Translations under genes and position numbers: made by a program
The notes under the pieces: model-generated
What the model saw: the letters and a program-made list of their open reading frames with translations, nothing else
What the model was told of the DNA's origin: nothing
Databases searched by the model: none
Part shown: one piece after another, positions 59,167 through 64,000 of the stretch
Position numbering within the stretch: the stretch's first letter is position 1
Layout of the letters: every line of letters begins with the position of its first letter
Origin: Deltaproteobacteria bacterium
GTDB taxonomy: Bacteria > Desulfobacterota > Binatia > UBA12015
NCBI GenBank assembly: GCA_046583355.1
Contig: JAYGCM010000057.1
Coordinates: forward strand, 37,887 to 101,886
Direction: 5' to 3'
DNA length: 64,000 bases

Positions 59167-60444
59167 GTGGGAAAGAACTCGATTCAGGCTCCGCGCGGGA
59201 CGCGTGATTTTTATCCGGCGGAGATGCGCCAGCGGAGTTGGCTCTTTGGGCATTTCCGTGAGACCGCGCGGCTCTTCGGGTTCGAGGAGGTTGATGCGCC
59301 GATACTCGAGCATGCCGAGCTCTTCACGCGCAAGGCGGGCGAGGAAATTGTCAGCCAACTCTATCATTTTGAGTTGCACGGCCGGCACCTTGCGCTGCGT
59401 CCCGAGATGACTCCCTCGGTCGCCCGTCTTGTGATGGCGCGCGCCGGCGCGCTGAAATTCCCTCTGCGCTGGTTCACGGTCACGCAGAATTGGCGCTACG
59501 AGCGCATGACACGCGGCCGGCTGCGCGAGCATTACCAATGGAACATGGACATCTGGGGCCAGGCCGGGGTGACGGCCGAGGCCGAGCTCATTGCGGCACT
59601 CCTCACCTTGGTGCGGCGCGTCGGGCTTCCGGTCGGTGCGGTGAAAGTGCGCGTGAACAGCCGCGCCCTGCTCGAAGAATCACTGCGTCGCGAGGTTCTG
59701 GCCGAACGCCCGGAAGCCTTCGAGCCGCTTTGTATCGTCATTGATAAATTAGACAAGATCGGTGCGGAAGCCGTTAGCGGCCTGCTCTGCGACCCGGACG
59801 GGCCGGTGCGCCTCACAGGCGACCAGGCGGCCACCGTGATCGCCATGCTCGGGGCCCGAACGCTTGAAGAAGCGGCCGCGGCGGGCGGCGAAGGCTCCCC
59901 GGCGCTGGCCGAGTTGCGCCAACTCTTTACCCTATTGGACGCCTATGGCTTCGCCGACGAAATCGTCTTCGACGCCTCGGTCGTGCGCGGATTGGCCTAT
60001 TATACAGGTATCGTCTTCGAGGCCTTTGACGCCCGCGGCGAGCTGCGCGCGGTTTGCGGCGGCGGACGCTACGACCGGCTGCTGGAGACGCTGGGCGGCA
60101 AGGCCATCGCGGCCGTCGGCTTCGGTTTCGGCGATGTCGTCATCATGGAATTGCTGAAAGACCACGGCCTGCTGCCGGAACCCGAGCGCGGCTTGCAGGA
60201 TATCGTCTTTGCCTTCTCGGACGCCGAGCGCCCGGCCGCGATCCGCCTGGCCGGTCGCCTTCGTGACGATGGCCGCAGCGTCGAGATCGTTCTCGGCGCC
60301 ATGAAGCCCAAACGCGTCTTCGCCGATGCCGACGCCAAAGGAGCCGAACGGGTCTACCTTCTCGGCCCCGACGAAGTCGCGCGCGGCAAGGCAAAAGTCA
60401 AGAATCTCGCCAATGGCGAGCAGCACGACGAAGACCTCGTTTAG
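59167..60444 (+). CDS. hisS: Histidine--tRNA ligase
   Basis: PRGTRDFYP, LRPEMTPS, WRYER..RGRLREHYQWNMD, VRGLAYYTG.VFE, GGGRYD, AVGFGFG. Confidence 0.97.
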   Translation: MGKNSIQAPRGTRDFYPAEMRQRSWLFGHFRETARLFGFEEVDAPILEHAELFTRKAGEEIVSQLYHFELHGRHLALRPEMTPSVARLVMARAGALKFPLRWFTVTQNWRYERMTRGRLREHYQWNMDIWGQAGVTAEAELIAALLTLVRRVGLPVGAVKVRVNSRALLEESLRREVLAERPEAFEPLCIVIDKLDKIGAEAVSGLLCDPDGPVRLTGDQAATVIAMLGARTLEEAAAAGGEGSPALAELRQLFTLLDAYGFADEIVFDASVVRGLAYYTGIVFEAFDARGELRAVCGGGRYDRLLETLGGKAIAAVGFGFGDVVIMELLKDHGLLPEPERGLQDIVFAFSDAERPAAIRLAGRLRDDGRSVEIVLGAMKPKRVFADADAKGAERVYLLGPDEVARGKAKVKNLANGEQHDEDLV

Positions 60445-60481
60445 GCGACAAAGCACGCATGCCCATCAAAAGAAGGACGCG

Positions 60482-61921
60482 ATGACCTCCAGGCAATTAC
60501 TCGGCGTTCTTCTGGGCACAGCGCTACTGGCAGTCGCGGCCGCGTTTGCGACCGTCGGGTATTTTTCCCCCGATGAGGAGGCCTCCCCCACTGGCGTCGC
60601 GGCGCGCAGCAATATCGTCCTGATCAGTGTCGATACGCTGCGCCCGGACCATCTCTCGCTCTACGGCTATCCGCGAAGAACCACTCCATTCCTTGACGAA
60701 TTCTTCGCCGAGGGCGAAATCTGGGAGAATGTCTACGCGACCGAGGCGAGCACCGCCCCGAGTGTGGCCTCCATCCTCACCGGACGCCTGCCGCAAAGCC
60801 ACGGCGTGCGACTCTTCTACCAGCGCCTCGGCAGCGAAGTTCCGACCCTGGCCGATCTGCTATCGGAGCAAGGCTACGAAACGGCCGCGATCGTCTCCAA
60901 CATCGTGCTCACGGCTGAAGCCATGGGCCTGAATGAACGCTTTGACCATTACGACGATTTCGTTGACGAACGCGAAGGAGCGCGTCCCGTCTGGGAGCGA
61001 CGTGCCTCGCGCACGACCGACGCCGCGCTTGCCTGGCTCGCTTCGCGCGAGAGCTATACCAAGCCGCATCTTCTTTGGGTTCATTATATCGATCCGCACG
61101 GCCCCTACCGCGCACCGCAAGACAAGCCGCTTGAGTTCAGCCACGAAGGCCGTGAAGAAATCGATATCCTGCGAATCCCCCGCTACACGCGACTGGCCGA
61201 AGACCCCCGTGATGCCTTGCGCTATATCGATCGCTACGACGAGGAGATCGCCTACACCGACCGGGAGATCGGTCGCCTACTTGAAGCCTACCGGCAAGCC
61301 GACGATATCAACAATACGATTTTTATCTTTACGTCCGACCATGGCGAATCCATGACGGATGCGTCGATCGCCTTCTCGCACGGCTTTGCGGCGCTGGAAC
61401 CCATCATGCGGGTGCCGCTGGCCGTGCGGCGCCCCGGCGGCCGGGCGAAGCGTAGGCAAGCGCCCGTTTCAACGGCCGATATTGCACCTTCTATTCTCAC
61501 CTGGTTGGGCGTACCGCTGCCCGAGGGGATCGACGGCTTCGTACTCGGACAGCGGCCGGCGGACGCACCTGTCTCGCTCGAGGCGACCAGCCGCAAAGGC
61601 CAGACCCGAGCCGCTATCGCCGGGCGCGAGAAGTGGATGGTCCGCCGCAATGCCAAGGGGGAAATCGTCCATCGCGCCACCAAAAACCTGCCCATCATTC
61701 GAGCCTCGGACCCGGAGCGACAGACCGCAGAGCCGCCCGACGGGCCCTGGCGCGAAGGCGCCATCAGCCAGGTGCTGGACGAATGGATGGATGCGGATGA
61801 TTTCCCGCAAAGCGTCGCCACCCGAACCAACCCCGGCAGCCGAATCCGCGCCCCCAAGGTGGCCCCGGGTCGCTCCGAGCGCGAGATCGAGGGTCTGCGC
61901 GCGCTTGGCTACGTGGAATAG
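60482..61921 (+). CDS. Sulfatase-like hydrolase/transferase, membrane-anchored or exported
   Basis: N-terminal TM, NIVLISVDTLRPD, STAPSVASILTG, HYIDPHGPY, TSDHGE, C-terminal LRALGYVE. Confidence 0.88.
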   Translation: MTSRQLLGVLLGTALLAVAAAFATVGYFSPDEEASPTGVAARSNIVLISVDTLRPDHLSLYGYPRRTTPFLDEFFAEGEIWENVYATEASTAPSVASILTGRLPQSHGVRLFYQRLGSEVPTLADLLSEQGYETAAIVSNIVLTAEAMGLNERFDHYDDFVDEREGARPVWERRASRTTDAALAWLASRESYTKPHLLWVHYIDPHGPYRAPQDKPLEFSHEGREEIDILRIPRYTRLAEDPRDALRYIDRYDEEIAYTDREIGRLLEAYRQADDINNTIFIFTSDHGESMTDASIAFSHGFAALEPIMRVPLAVRRPGGRAKRRQAPVSTADIAPSILTWLGVPLPEGIDGFVLGQRPADAPVSLEATSRKGQTRAAIAGREKWMVRRNAKGEIVHRATKNLPIIRASDPERQTAEPPDGPWREGAISQVLDEWMDADDFPQSVATRTNPGSRIRAPKVAPGRSEREIEGLRALGYVE

Positions 61922-61967
61922 CCCGCACGGGCGCACGGAGGCGCTTCGTAGCCTTTCGTGATTGACG

Positions 61968-62777
61968 TCAGCGCGCGGGCAAAGGCAATGCTGGTACGAT
62001 CTTCGAGCGGCGGGCCGGGGGCAACGAAAGCGACCAGGCCGCGCCGACATACTCATCGGGCCCGGCGATGATATCGAGCAAAAGCTCCAGATCATCGGCC
62101 ATGCGCGCGAGCGGGCCGAAGACACCGAGGTCCGTCTCGGCGAGCGCGCCGGGAGGGCCCGGGATATGGCCGCGCGCCGGGACAAGCCCCCAGCTGGATT
62201 TATGCCCGTAGATTCCGTTCCAGTTGGCCGGCGTGCGGATCGAGCCGCCGATATCGCTGCCGATCTCGAAGGCGGTGAAACCACAGGCCACCGACGCCGC
62301 CGCACCACCAGAGGACCCTCCGGGCGTCCGCTCGACATTCCACGGATTATTCGTCACGCCGAAGATCTCGTTGAAGGTCTGCACGTCGCCAGAGAAAAGC
62401 GGCACATTGGTCTTGCCGAAAACGATCGCGCCGGCCCTCTCGATGCGCTCGATGGCGGTGGCGCTGCGCTCGGGCACATGGTCGCGCAAAACAGGCGCGC
62501 CGCCCGTAGTACGGATGCCCGCGACCTCGTAGGCGTCCTTGATCGTCACAGGCAGCCCGAGAAGCGCACCGCTCTCGCCGCGCTCGAGCCGCGCGTCGGC
62601 GCGCCTTGCCTTCTCGCGGGCGCCATCGGGATCGAGGGTCACGACCGCATTCAGGGGCCCGTTCAACCGCTCGATGCGACCCAGATAGAACTCAAGCAGT
62701 TCCAAGCTGGAGAACTCGCCGGCCCGCAGCCGGCGCGCCAGCTCGCGTGCGCCAAGAAACGCAATTTCGTCTTCCAT
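61968..62777 (-). pseudogene. Amidase (amidase-signature family), C-terminally truncated
   Basis: GLPVTIKD, GKTNVP, TPGGSSGG and GSDIGGSIRTPA are present, but the ORF stops at 269 aa with no room for a continuation before the convergent gene. Confidence 0.75.
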
Positions 62778-62885
62778 CGCGCCGTAATGCCCCAATTCGC
62801 CCTCAAGGCAAACCGTAGGGATAGAAGCGCTGCGAACCGCACCCCCGGCTCGGGGCGGTGCCGAGCAAGATCGTCAAGGCTTGCT

Positions 62886-64000
62886 TCAGGCCATCAGCGC
62901 CTGAGTGACCTCACGGCGGCGCGCCTCGATGGTCTCTTCGCTCTCTTCTTCGATCCGCTCGTCCGGTTCGATTTTGAAGATCGCCTGCCCCTTGGCCACG
63001 ACCTTCGCCTCGTGATCGGCGGCGAGGTTCTCCTTGATCGTGCCCGAGAAAGGAACACTGATCTTGTTGAACATCTTCATCACCTCAATGATGAAAAGCG
63101 GCTGGCCGGCCTCGAAATGCTCGCCGACTTCGGTCAGCAAAGGCAAATGCGGCGCCTCGCGGGCATAGAAGGTACCTCCCATCGGCGTGACGATCTCGTC
63201 GGAGCTGGCACGCGGCGGCGGCGCCAGCGCACGCAGGCAAGACTTCGCCAGCTCTTCGTCCTCGAATTTCGCGGGGAAGACCGGCACCAGGTCCTCGCCT
63301 ACCGTGATGTCGAGGAAGCCGGCACGCAGCCCTATGCGCGGAATCAACAGCAACAGCTCCAAGCCTTCCTGGAAGCCGCGATGCGCCGCCAGGCATTCGG
63401 CCCAAAGCTTGGCGTCTGCGCCATCCAGCTTCGCCGCGTTGTCCCCAGCGAAGAGTTCTGCCAATTCGGCATCTGAGGATAGGCCCGCCCGTTCTTTCAC
63501 TTCGGCATAAAAGGCGTCGGCGGCATTCAGGATATCGAGGTCATGCGACCAGATCCGTTCGGCCGGGGTCTTGTTCGGCGCATCTTCGAGGTCGAGGTAA
63601 TGGTAGAGCTCATGCAGAAAGGTGATGGCGTTGGTCTTGAAACTGAGCTTGTCGCCTTCGCGCACCCAGAGCTCGCCGTCGAAGCGGCCGAGGAAGCCGG
63701 CGAGGAAATGGGCGTTGCCCAGCAGGCGCTCGATAGGCCGGCGCAATAGCGTTGCTTTGGCCGCGAGAACCTTGCGCCCACTCGGGTCTTTTTGGTTCCG
63801 AACCAGACCCTCGATCGCAATATCGAGGTCCACGTCGTTCACCACCAACTGCAGCGCGCCAACGGCCGTGAGGTAGGGGCCCATGAAGCGCGTCGTCGGC
63901 TCCGACATCACGCCCTTGCCAAGGAACCATTGCACCAAGCCGTAATGCACCGGCAGGTTGGTCTGCAGGTCATCGCCGCGCAATTCCATGCGGCGCAGCG
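62886..64000 (-). CDS. Biotin-dependent carboxylase subunit with C-terminal biotinyl domain, partial; runs off the window end
   Basis: TPMGGTFY, GQPLFIIEVMKMFNKI (biotinylation EVMKM), and LRG.DLQTN at the end of a biotin-carboxylase C-domain. Confidence 0.85.
   Translation of the reverse strand, partial: LRRMELRGDDLQTNLPVHYGLVQWFLGKGVMSEPTTRFMGPYLTAVGALQLVVNDVDLDIAIEGLVRNQKDPSGRKVLAAKATLLRRPIERLLGNAHFLAGFLGRFDGELWVREGDKLSFKTNAITFLHELYHYLDLEDAPNKTPAERIWSHDLDILNAADAFYAEVKERAGLSSDAELAELFAGDNAAKLDGADAKLWAECLAAHRGFQEGLELLLLIPRIGLRAGFLDITVGEDLVPVFPAKFEDEELAKSCLRALAPPPRASSDEIVTPMGGTFYAREAPHLPLLTEVGEHFEAGQPLFIIEVMKMFNKISVPFSGTIKENLAADHEAKVVAKGQAIFKIEPDERIEEESEETIEARRREVTQALMA

Noticed and set aside
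61962..63476. 504-aa plus-strand ORF
   Set aside because: Antisense shadow of the amidase and biotin carboxylase genes.

Overview
GC-rich bacterial chromosomal segment, densely coding, with no rRNA, tRNA, CRISPR array, integrase or transposase detected. A GT9 heptosyltransferase suggests a diderm (LPS-bearing) organism. The gene mix resembles deltaproteobacteria-like or Binatota-like lineages, but that is inference only. Housekeeping genes include rnhA, hemQ/chdC, bioB, prfB (with its programmed +1 frameshift), ybeY-phoH-alaS, ileS-lspA and hisS. These are interleaved with redox enzymes (P450, flavin monooxygenase, Zn-ADH, SDR, nitroreductase), cell-envelope genes (two very large multi-domain glycosyltransferases, GT9, an ArnT-like GT-C protein, acyltransferase, sulfotransferase, two sulfatase-fold proteins) and decayed genes (higB remnant, broken kinase-like gene, truncated amidase). 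The best candidate for an undescribed system is at 12262-15788. There a LuxE-type acyl-protein synthetase is translationally coupled to one ORF that fuses a LuxC-type acyl reductase to a class-III PLP aminotransferase, with no luciferase nearby. This predicts an acid-to-aldehyde-to-amine pathway at the end of an apparent operon that starts with an ArnT-like membrane transferase. All assignments come from motif recognition by eye; no database searches were run.
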